64,000 bases of DNA. It comes from Piromyces finnis finn (Eukaryota > Fungi > Neocallimastigomycota). Every line of letters starts with the position of its first letter. The first letter of the stretch is position 1. The notes under the pieces are model-generated. The model did no database searches and was not told the DNA's origin. It saw only the letters and a list, made by a program, of their open reading frames with translations. Shown piece by piece: positions 31,201 to 42,000 of the stretch. The position numbers and the translations under genes were made by a program. The stretch lies in the NCBI GenBank assembly GCA_002104945.1, contig MCFH01000004.1:620001-684000 (forward strand), written 5' to 3'.

Positions 31201-33965
31201 ATTCTTGTTTCCTAAATTCATTACATCTTTTGTGGATGTAATCAATGAGCTTACGGTAGATTTTAATTCTTTTAATAAATTTATCTATATCATAAATTCT
31301 TTCTTTTTTAAATCTCTTATACAACTTCATTTTGATTTTTTGAAGATTAAAAATTTGTTGTGAAATATGAAATGAAGACTTTATAACATTATTTGCTGAG
31401 GTAATACTGAGCTCGTCTGCAATTGAAAAAGCAGTTGAAGTAAACTCTTTGGAAAATTCATCTGTAGAAACATTAGGATCGTTGAATTTTGCTGAAAGTA
31501 TTTGGAATTTATTATGACTGAGAATAGATTCCTTTTCCTCAATACATTTTAATCTATTCCATTTCAGAATTTTCTTAGGAACATTAAAGTCATTAGAAAA
31601 ATCTTCCATAGGAATAATTTTACCATTAATAAGAAGTGGCTTATGGTCTGATACAGGATAAAAATTATTTATAAATGATCCTGAGTGAATAAGATCTTTC
31701 ATCTTCGAATTGATAAGAGCATGGTCAATGTCGGAAGATTGATCACCTCGAGTCCAAGAGATAGTAGACCCTCTAAGCGGAAGAATTTCCCAATCTCCTA
31801 ATCCATTAGTTGATAACCAGTTGGATAATTTTACTTTAGACATATTAAAATCACCAACAAGAATCGATGGATGGGATGAATGAGTTTGTAACCACAAGCG
31901 AACTTCTAACTTTGCATGATCAACATAGATGTTGTGATGACTATGAGGCATATAAACATTTCCAATCGAGCATTTGAATCTATTCCAAAGACTAAAAGTA
32001 TAAATAGAAATAATATACTTTCCAGAGAAGTTTTCAAGTGAAGCTTGACACGAATTGTGAAAACCTAAATATAAACCTCTCATTCCCGGAACTGATTCGT
32101 CAGCTTTCTTGAAAAAGTGTCTATAGTTTCGCAAAGTAACACGACAAGGATAATCTGTATTCGATCCAGAACCATTACCAGTTTCTTGGAAACATAAAAA
32201 TAATGGTTTGAAAATAGCTGTGAAATAGCTAATACTATCTCTCTTTTCGTGATTCCACCCATTGGTGTTCCAACTAAGACAAAAAGAAAAGTTATCAGGC
32301 TTGTTGGATGAGGAAGAATCGTTGCTATTATTATTATTATTAAAGTCATTGTTATTAATGGATGATGCATCAGAGGAATAAGTAGAACTATTACTAGATG
32401 GCTGTGAAACTGAAGAACTATCAACTATTGAACTGTTATCAGAGTTGATAGAGCTATTAGAATTAATTGTTGAATGTTGAGATTGAAATTGTGTTTGCTG
32501 TAGATCTGGAATATTTTCATGATGGGAAACTTGTTGAAGATCTTGTTGAAGATCTTGTTGAAGATCGGATTGTTGATGAGATTGTTGAACTGATTGTTGA
32601 AATGATTGTTGAATAGAATGTTGATGTTTATTAGAAACTAAAATTTTACGTTTGAGAGTGGAAAAAGTGTATTTGTGATTCCTTCTACTACGAGCTGAAA
32701 AGGAAATTGAGGTAACTGAAAGTTTCTTCTTTAACATGTGTAAGATTTTAATACAATCTTTTGATGAACCATGAACCTTGACTAAGAAAAAGTGATCATT
32801 GAAAGTTTGAAAATATTTAACACTAATAACTGAATTAAATTTATCTTCTAGAATAACCTCGAGTTTTCCCCATAGCATATTTACTGACCATGATCGAATA
32901 CCACGGATAAAGAAGGAGCGAATATCATCTAAGGGGATACCATAAGACCGGGTACCACGTCTGATATAATTCTTATCTTTAATATAAAGGACTGACATGA
33001 TAATAAATTCTAATTAAAAAATATTGAATATAAAATAAATACTAATAAAAATTACAAATATAACGTATATGGAAAAAAATCTGTCTCTCTCTCTCTTCTT
33101 AAAAGTACTGGATAGTACAAAAATTGTTACGATGCTTTGTTTAAAGTTTCTTTTTTTTTTTTTTTTTGAATTCTAGTTGTAAATTTTCTTTAAAAATTCT
33201 AGTTTTGGTTTGTTGTTAGTAAATTCGATTCGCTTTTTGACACTAAAATTGTTTGACTTTACTTTTCATTAAATATTTAAATTGGTAAAAAATTTGAATC
33301 AAGAATGTCGACACCAGAAAGCTTGTGAGTAGTATTTTTACATGATGTAGAGTGAATCAGTCTCTTACAAGAAACAATACAACAATAGCTACATGAATAT
33401 AAAAATACAATGCAAATGCTAAAGTTGACTACATTGGATTCTTACAAGAGAAGAGTAGTACTACATGAATACATGAATAAAAGAAAAAAATACAGCAACA
33501 AAATGTATTACTCTTCTAATTAAATACTATACAAACTTACCTGAGTATCAAACATTCAACTTATTCATCAAATACTTAAATTCGATGAATAAAATGTTTT
33601 TTAATCGCTCAGTACCATGAGCTTAGTCCTAATAATTTTCCCTTAAAGACTAACCAAGCATCCATTGCGCAATGCTTGGATTTAATTCTTTCTACTCTCT
33701 CAGTACCATGAGCATGAGTAGACCCCCTTGATAAACTCCATTATTAAATAAATGAAGGCACGTTCCTAAGAGGGCACCAAGCATCCATTGCGCAATACTT
33801 GGATTTAATTCTTTCTACTCTCTCAGTACCATGAGCATGAGTAGACCCCCTTGAGAAACTACATTTATTAAATAAATGAAGGCACGTTCCCAAGAGGGAT
33901 GAGCATGAGTAGACCCCCTTGAGAAACTACATTTATTAAATAAATGAAGGCACGTTCCCAAGAGG
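28188..33965 (-). mobile_element. Full-length non-LTR retrotransposon (LINE), 5778 bp; clade not assigned (RTE/RTEX-like RT motifs, poly(A) tail, CCHC knuckle)
   Basis: 15-bp TSD, A28 tail (28188-28215), about 240-nt 3' UTR, one long EN-RT frame and about 970-nt 5' UTR with tandem repeats. Confidence 0.95.
28454..32998 (-). pseudogene. Retrotransposon polyprotein (N-terminal domain + APE endonuclease + reverse transcriptase + CCHC), 1514 codons with one premature TAA
   Basis: EN motifs SWNTNG, FQET, GDFN, DIDHAL, SDHKP. RT motifs GPDGIP, NYRGISL, QFGFR, FLDLRKAYDSV, GVRQGCPLSP, LFADD, YTYLG. TAA at 29125-29123 interrupts CPCCKCGVQSIKHWL*DC, and the same frame stays open to 28454. Confidence 0.93.
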
Positions 33966-33966
33966 G
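33653..33966 (-). repeat. 5'-terminal tandem repeats of the LINE (68 + 123 + 122 nt)
   Basis: Units 33966-33899 (partial, identical to the matching part of the next unit), 33898-33776 and 33774-33653 (4 substitutions + 1 indel versus the middle unit). Confidence 0.97.
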
Positions 33967-33980
33967 ATTTTTCCTTTTTA
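33966..33980. repeat. Target-site duplication, 5' copy (GATTTTTCCTTTTTA)
   Basis: Identical to 28173-28187. G33966 is shared with the terminal repeat unit (1-nt microhomology). Confidence 0.92.
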
Positions 33981-34741
33981 AGATCTTTCTAAAAATGGTT
34001 TTTTTTTACCATTATTTTATGTTTTATCATTATTAACTCATTGTTAAGAATCATACAAACACACGAGTACTTTTTTTTTTTTTTTTATATTTTATTATTT
34101 TATTATTTTATTATTATTAATATTATTAATTTTTTTTTTTTTTTTATATTTTATTTTATTACAATTTCTATAAAGGTAGAAAATAAAATGAATTATATTA
34201 TTTGAAAGGGTATAAAAAAACTATAAAAAAAGAAAGATATCTTTTATTATGAACTATAATTGATTATTTTTTTAATAGACTTTGTAATTATAAAAAAATA
34301 AATAAAATTAAAAATAAAACTAGACATTTAAATATATATATAAAAAATAATGCAACAAAAAATATATAAACATGTTTTAATACTATTTTATAATAATATT
34401 CTTTTAAATTACTTTATCAGCTATTATCTATATAAGTGAGGTGTTTTTTTTTTATCTTAAAAAAAAAAAAAAAACAACTAAATGAAATAAATAAATTATT
34501 ATAAAAAATATATATATATATTAAAAATAAAAATGGATATTCAAAATAAAATTATTGAGGTGATATTAATCTTATCATTTGCTAGGTACAACAGATTCTA
34601 AATTTAATAATGGATTACAATAATGAAATATTTCCAAGATATATTCTGATAATAATTATGATAAGTTGTAAAAAAAAAGGTGTTTTTCTTTTATACATGG
34701 TGGTATCACATAATATAAATACAATCTAAATGAATATAAAT

Positions 34742-37700
34742 TTATTTAGGACTAGAGGTTTTGATTATAGAAGTAGGTTCAGTTTGCTTTTTTATTGATA
34801 ATGTTGGTGAATAAGAATTTGATTTTGTAGGTGATTGAGATGGTAGTGGTGGTGAGGTAGGATTAATGATTAAGGATGAAATAGAAAGTGGAAAATCTTC
34901 AGACATTTTTTTCTTTTTCTTATCGTTTAGGGGTGGTGAAGATACGGTATCTTGACTACTTCTATAATTATTATAATAGTCTATTTTTTTTTTTTTTAGA
35001 AAATAAAAGAATTAATATCCACATTTTTATAAATAATAAAAATTATTATAATTATAAAAAAAGTATAGGCTTACTGTTATTATTAGTACTTGTATTGCTA
35101 TTACTTGATGGATACATATTATTTAATGAGATGGGTACTTGAGGATTTCCATTATTACCGTTATTATTCGTAGTATTATTTATTGATATAGGCATACTAG
35201 AATTGCTTGCATTTTCATTACTATTCATGTTGCTGTTGTGACTATCCTGATAACTTTTCCTCTTTTTGTTATTACTAGTGGTTGGTACTTCAGTTTTAAT
35301 TTCAAAAGGTTGCTTTAATAGTTGTTTCACTCTTAAACGACTTTCTTCTTCATTTTCAGAAAATTTTCCTTTATTTCTAAAATTTTCTTGATTTCTATAA
35401 CTGTTGTTATATTCATCTGGATCTGGTTTTATATAGACTAGAGAAAAAAAAAATTATTATTATTTACTCCTACTTTTTTCCAAAAAAAAAAAAAAAAAAA
35501 CTAAAAAAATAAATTTTTATAGCTATTTACCTAGCTTTTGTTGTTGATGAGCCATTTGGTCATCGTTATCATTATTATTACTATTATTATCATTAATAGT
35601 ATTATTAGGATAATATTTACTGTTTGGTGAAGGTAATTTTCTTTTGTTTGAAATATAATTATTTGAATATGGGGTAGAATTATGGAAGGTAGAAGAATGG
35701 TTGTTGTTTTGAGAGTATTGATCTTGAGGGTATTGATTCCTATTCCTATTGCTATTGTTATTGTTGCTACCACTGTTATTACCGCCACCGTTACCGTTGT
35801 TAATACTATTCATGATATTTTGATTTATCATGTTATTATTTGATGGATGTTGATCCATTTCATATTTGATAAAACCTTGTTTACCTGTACCATAGGACGA
35901 TGCCATAGAATTTGAGAGGGGTTGTTGCTGTTGTTGTTGTTGTTGTTGTTGTTGATTTCTTTGACTCATATTCATTTGTAAATTATTCATAGAATTTAGG
36001 GGTGGATAATTATTTATATTGTTCATCATAGGATTAGAATGATTATAATTTTGAAGTTGAGGATGATTCATATTATTTATATTTCTATTATTAAAATTAG
36101 TTGAATTCATAGGATAGATTGGGGCAATACCATTGATATTTCGATCATCATTACCATTATAGGAATTATTTATTAATTTGGTATTATTGGTGGAATACAT
36201 TTTTCCACAAGTAGAAGGATACATTTTTTCATTTTCAATTGTGATGGTGGAAGGAAGGGTAGAAATTTTAATTGGTGGATGTGGTAAATCAAAATCTAGT
36301 ATTGAAATCTTACCATCATCCCCTCCGCTTATAATTTTAGTATCGGTTAATTGAATACAATTAACAGGACCTAAATGCTTAATAAAGTTTTGTTCAATCT
36401 TACCGGTTTCCATATCCCAAACTTTAATAGTTTGATCATGAGCACCACTAACAATTCTCATATTATCAAATGAAACACACCATACACCTTCCACATGACC
36501 GAATAAAGTCTTTTTGCATTCACCCGTATAAATATCCCAAATTTTGATTTGATTATCTAAGGAACAGGTAACTAAAGTACCTTTAGCTTCATGAAGATGA
36601 TGGTTTTCATTACAATCAAATTGTTGTTGATTAAGTTTGCCAATATTTTCAGATTGATTATTACAAATTAAATTACTATTTTGTGGATACATGTTATTTT
36701 GATGATAGTTATCAAAAGTACTCCAATTATTTTTAGAGGATGTACTACAGTTATTATTGCCATTATCATCACAACTGGCGTCGTTGCTGTCATTTTTATT
36801 CTCGATAGGATAGTTTATTTCTTTATGGGAGGGAGTAGGTGAATCACCATTATTATCTATATTCATTTTTTGGTCACTGTTAGTATTAGAGTCATTTTGA
36901 GACATTTTTTGTTGGTAAAATGGTCTAATCATACCTTGACTACTACTTTGATTAGATTGAAGTGTATTTGGACGATAGTTGAAAAAGTCATCATTTTCTT
37001 GGCCACCACTACTAGAAACGGATAAGTCATTACTATTTGAGTGATGGTGAAAGTAATAGGAGTTGTGAGAAACCGAGGATGAAGAAGAGTAAGAAGAAAA
37101 GTTATTTGAACGGGTAGTTGAATTTCTTCTATAATTATTATTTTCATTATTATTTTGTTGTGAGAAATTAGACTCTTTATTTCCTTTCATTTTTGAAGAA
37201 TGGGGGTTATTGTTACCGTCGGAAAAGCTATAATTATCATTACTATTTACATTACTATTAGAAGAATGTTCACTTTTATGTTTTGAAGACTTTTCGCTGT
37301 CGAATTTAGAAATTTTTGGTTGATGATAGGTAATACTAGCTTGTAAAGATTGTACAGGAGCTGAATGTCCTTCAAAAGTACGAATACATTGACGCGTTTT
37401 TAAATCCCAATATTTAATGGTGTGGTCGTCTGAGCATGAGAAGAGATGATCCTTATTAAATATTTGAACCTTATTCACCCAATCGGTATGACCTGTTAAA
37501 GTAAAACCACGACCAGAACCAAAATTCCATACTTTTATAGTGTGATCTGCACTACCACTAGCTAAGATACGGTTATCAAAATGAAGGGTAACAATACCGT
37601 CAAAGTGACCACTTTCCATAACACGAATACACTGTCCAGTTTTTAAACTCCAAATACGTATGGTTTTATCCATTGATCCAGAAATAATTTTATTTTCATC

Positions 37701-39052
37701 AAATTGAAGGGCTCTCACACAACGACTATGACCTTCTAATGTACGTATACATTTACCTGTATCTGTATTCCACATCTTGATGGTATGATCATATGAACCA
37801 GTAAGCATCAGTGATCTGGCTTCATCTATCTGTAGGCACATAACACTATCTGTATGACCTTCAAATATTTTTGTTGAATATTTTCCATTTCTCCAATTTC
37901 TTTCTACTAATAAGCGCTCAGCATATATTTCTTTCCAGTGACGTTGATAATGTGCTATATTTTGTTCTATTTATAAAGTTTATATTTTATTAATAAATTA
38001 AATAATTTAAATAATAATTTAATAACATATTGTTAAAACACTGTCGTTTTATTATAAAAAAAAAAAAAAAAAAAACAATTCCCATTATATATTACAAATA
38101 AAAAATTAAGTTTTTTTTTTTCCTTCTTTAACATCATAAATAAATCAAATGACCAACATAAATAAACCAAATCATTAACTATTGATAGTTTAATAATAAA
38201 AATATTTATGGACTTTTCTATTTTTTATCCAATGAACGGATAAAAAAAAAAAAGATCTTTTTATCAAAGAAATATTTTAAATTAAAAAAAAAACGATATT
38301 TTTAATGCTTTTTTAAAGATAAAAAGTTACTTACTTGAACGATTTTGATTGTTATTTTGTTGATGTTTATTATTTGTTGCTTTATTGGTATTTGAAGTAT
38401 TTGAAGGGGTATTTGTGAGTTGATTTGAGTTTTTCTTTATTCTTTTATTTTGATAAATGGTTATATCATTAGATTTTCTTTTTGTGTTATACATAAGAGG
38501 TAAACCCCAACCACAACGTTGGCACTTTCCTCCAATATGTCTTTCACACATATCTTTCCAGACAATATCATCATCAGATAGTTCTTTCCAACGTTTGGAT
38601 ACTTGAGCGCAGTGACATAATGATTCTGCATCTAAATAGGAAAGAATTTTTCTTACTATTTCAACAGGTAAATCTGTAAAAAAATCTACTGTTAATAAAG
38701 GACTAAGTAACTGAGACAGTATAGAAAGTTCTGTTTTTGAACATTCTTTTAATAATCTTTTAAAAACAACTCTTTTCGTTAGAGTGTTGGAATTTTTATA
38801 AAAATCTAAAAAACTATCTATATATTGATTTTGTCTATTATCATATGGAATAACTTTATTATCATTCTGTATAATATTTTCAAATATATATTACGTATAT
38901 ATTTTATATTTTATAATAATAATAATAAAATCAAAATATTTATTATTAATTAGTACTATTTAATGATATCTTTATTCAATTAACTTTTTTAATTTCTTAT
39001 GTTTACTTTTAACTATCATACTATATTTTACCTTATTATTATGGTCAAACAT
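34742..39052 (-). CDS. MET30: F-box/WD40 protein of the Met30/SconB/SCON-2/Pof1 family, about 1196 aa
   Basis: Exons 39052-39032, 38866-38335, 37966-35531, 35437-35075, 34980-34742 are in phase (terminal exons less certain). F-box LPVEIVRKILSYLD followed by the family signature MCERHIGGKCQRCGWGLPL. WD40 repeats are split by a low-complexity insert. Confidence 0.88.
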
Positions 39053-42000
39053 AGAGGAAGATATATTACTTTAAAAAATTTATATAAAAATGGATAAAAA
39101 AAAAAAGAAAAGTAGGTTTGTGTTGAAGTTTTTTTTTTTCTTTTTCTTTTTTTGAATTAAAAACGTTATATTTGAACTAGTTTGTCTTTTTTTTTTTATG
39201 AGTTTTTCAATTTTGGAAATCAAAATAATAATAATAATAATAAAAAATATTATATAGTTCAAAGTTTTATAAATATAGGTTATTAATGAGCAATTTTTAT
39301 CATTATTTTTTTCTTTTTTAAAAATATAATAGATATAAATTTATAAATTCTAATAAAAACATTCAATTTTTAATAGTATATTATGCTACTTTTTTTTTTT
39401 TTTTTTTACTTTTTATTTATTAATTATTATTTTTTTTTTAAAAAAAATATTTTTGAATTGTAACTATTTTACTATGTATTATATTACAGATAAAATAATA
39501 TAAATGTTAACCAAAAAAAAATTAATAGAATAGAAATATTTAAAATTTTTATTTGTGTGTTATTTATTTATTTTATTTAAATTAGTACTATTTACTTTTT
39601 TTTTTTTTTTATAAATCCATCAATTAAAAAAATTACAAGATTATAATTTTACTAATTTTTTTTTTTTTAAAAAAAATGAAATTATCAAATGATGAAAATT
39701 TGGATAATGATGAAAATCGAATAGAATATTATATTTAATAATTTGAATTATTATTTAATATAATTGCGATAATTATTTTTAAATGATGATTTAATAAATA
39801 ATAATAAATTATGAAATTATTTTAAAATTGATAAAATAATTTTTATTGCAAATTAAAGTTATACTTATCCAATATATGATACAATATATTATCAATATAT
39901 TATACCATATAATTAATATACAATCAATATATTTATCATAAATTATTTACATATACTATTCTATTTATTAATTGAATTTATTAGAATAATTTAATTATTA
40001 ATCAACTCATACTTCACGCAAGATTAGTACTATGGAATAATAATTATATAAATAAATTATATTGTTTGCATATTAATTTATATTGATTCTATATATAATC
40101 AATGGATTCATAAATTATTATCCTTTTCAATAAAACCTTTTTTTTTATTTGACTATTAATCTTTAAAAAAATAATTACCTTTTCGTTCCTAGTAAAGTTG
40201 GTAGGAATGTGCAATACTATTTATTTTATTTATTTATAACAACTCTACATATAAAATAAGAAAAGATATTTTAATAGAGCAATTGACTATTTACCTTTTT
40301 TAAATTGAAATGACTTTTTATCATTGCTAAAAATATCAAAATTAAATCCCATTCCATTTTATTGTAATAATATAAATGCAATATATTATTTTTTTTCTTA
40401 TCAAATTTCATTTTATGGTTGAAAATCTTTTTTTTGATTTATTCATTCACTTACTTAATCATTATTTATTATTCATTTATTTAAATATTTAATTATTTAT
40501 TCATTTATTTTAATTAATTTTATTTTTTTTTCCTAATCAAAAAATTTTATTTGCCTATAATTAACAAAAATCAACCAAAAAAAAAAAATATATATTTACC
40601 TTTTTTTTTTTTAAATATGAAATTGGTTATTGAACATTATCAAAATTTATTGAAATGTTTTCATGATTTCACGAAAATAATAAAAAGAAAAAATGCTTTT
40701 TTTTTTTAATATTATTATAGCAGTATTGTGGGTGATGATTCGTTTAATGTGTATTAATGTTGCTTTTTATTATTATTGTACAAGTAAAATTAAAAAGACT
40801 GATACGTATTCCTATTTTACAAGTATAGTTTTTGTTTTATTGAATATTATACTATTAAATATGGACTAAATTTTTATAATAAAATAAAAAAGTAAAGTTG
40901 TTATTTTAACATAAAGGTTTTTTATTCTTTTCAAATTGTCAATGGTGAAATGAATAAAGTTTACAAGAGTAAAGTTTCAAAAATTTAGCTGTTGCTATGT
41001 TATGAATAACTCTTTCATTAATGGTGAACTATCTTTACAATTCAATGCCTTAAAGCTGCTTATAATAACAAATAGTGTAGGTTTAAAAAATTTATTATTT
41101 AAAAAAATTAAAAAAAAAAAGTACTTTTATAATTATTTTATATTTTTTAAAAGTTTATTTTTTTTTACTAAAAAAAGAAACCTTATTTATATTAGTGATA
41201 AACTAAAAAAGTTTTTATTTTCTATTTCTTTTTTTCTTATCCAAACTTGTCAACTTTCAACGTGTACCACACTCATAACGCTGCTGACCTTTTTAAAATA
41301 TAGGAAGACGTTGGTAACAACATCTAACCCTTTTCAAAAAAGTTTTTTTAAATTTTATTTTTCATTTATTTTAATATATAATGAATAAATATATATTAAT
41401 ATAAATAAATAGTATTGAATTATTTAATAAATAAAATATTAAAAATTAGTGCATTTAATAAATATGTCACCAAAAAAGTTTAATTTTATGAATCATTTTA
41501 AATATATTATAGTGTACTTTAATAAATGGATTGTTTATATAATGAATTCCATTTAATTCAAAATAATATATTATAGTATAAATTTATTTTTAAATATAAA
41601 TAATAAATATAAATGAAAATTAACTCATTTTTTCCCTGTATTTTGTTGATAATTGACCAATAAGAAATTTATTTATTTGTGCTTCTTTCTCACCACCAAT
41701 AAATTAAAGGGAATCATTCTATTGTACAAAAGAAAGGAAAATGACAAATTATTAGTTAACCCTATATTTAATAATTAACCAATCATTACCATTTCCTGCT
41801 TGATAAAGACAATAAATTAAATGGCTAAGCGGATTAATTTAGAAATTATTTATTTATTTATTATATATTCATTCACTTATTTATCATGGTGTTATAAACG
41901 AAAAAAGTAACCACACCAAAAATTTTTTGTGGTTATTAAAGTAAAAAAAAATTTTTTTTTTAATTTTTAATTCTTAATCCATTTTTCCTTTTTTTTAATT

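Noticed and set aside
28825-32424. Short ORFs overlapping the retrotransposon (28825-29019, 29685-29885, 31085-31363, 32080-32424)
   Set aside because: Alternate-frame or antisense shadows of the polyprotein; the I/V/T-rich one is the N/S repeat read out of frame.
33653-33898. Assignment of the LINE 5' repeats to a known ribozyme or riboswitch (pistol, hammerhead, HDV, twister-sister, TPP)
   Set aside because: Only fragments match. Pistol-like 6-nt loop, UUAAAU and GCG are present but L2, P3 and the GU site are missing, and one copy breaks the pseudoknot. CUGAGAG...GAAA is not CUGANGA and has no stem II. No HDV L3/P1.1. GCUCAUGG lacks a twister-sister P1 partner. CUGAGA is not followed by the TPP P2/P4/P5 elements.
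35531-37147. ORFs 35531-35788 and 36929-37147
   Set aside because: Out-of-frame readings of Asn-rich MET30 sequence.
40005-40350. Three donor/acceptor-like pairs on the minus strand suggesting a micro-exon gene
   Set aside because: Every phase combination I tried stops within about 35-40 codons and gives no recognisable protein. A non-coding spliced RNA cannot be excluded without RNA-seq.
40617-40870. Possible ORF broken at a T11 run
   Set aside because: Needs a frameshift and the product is unrecognisable and hydrophobic/AT-biased.
41002-41388. 128-aa ORF and similar F/K/I/L-rich ORFs (17830, 18915, 21692, 24455, 39080, 49181, 52053, 55304, 59737, 63394)
   Set aside because: Composition is what homopolymer-rich AT DNA yields by chance; several use non-ATG starts; no motifs.
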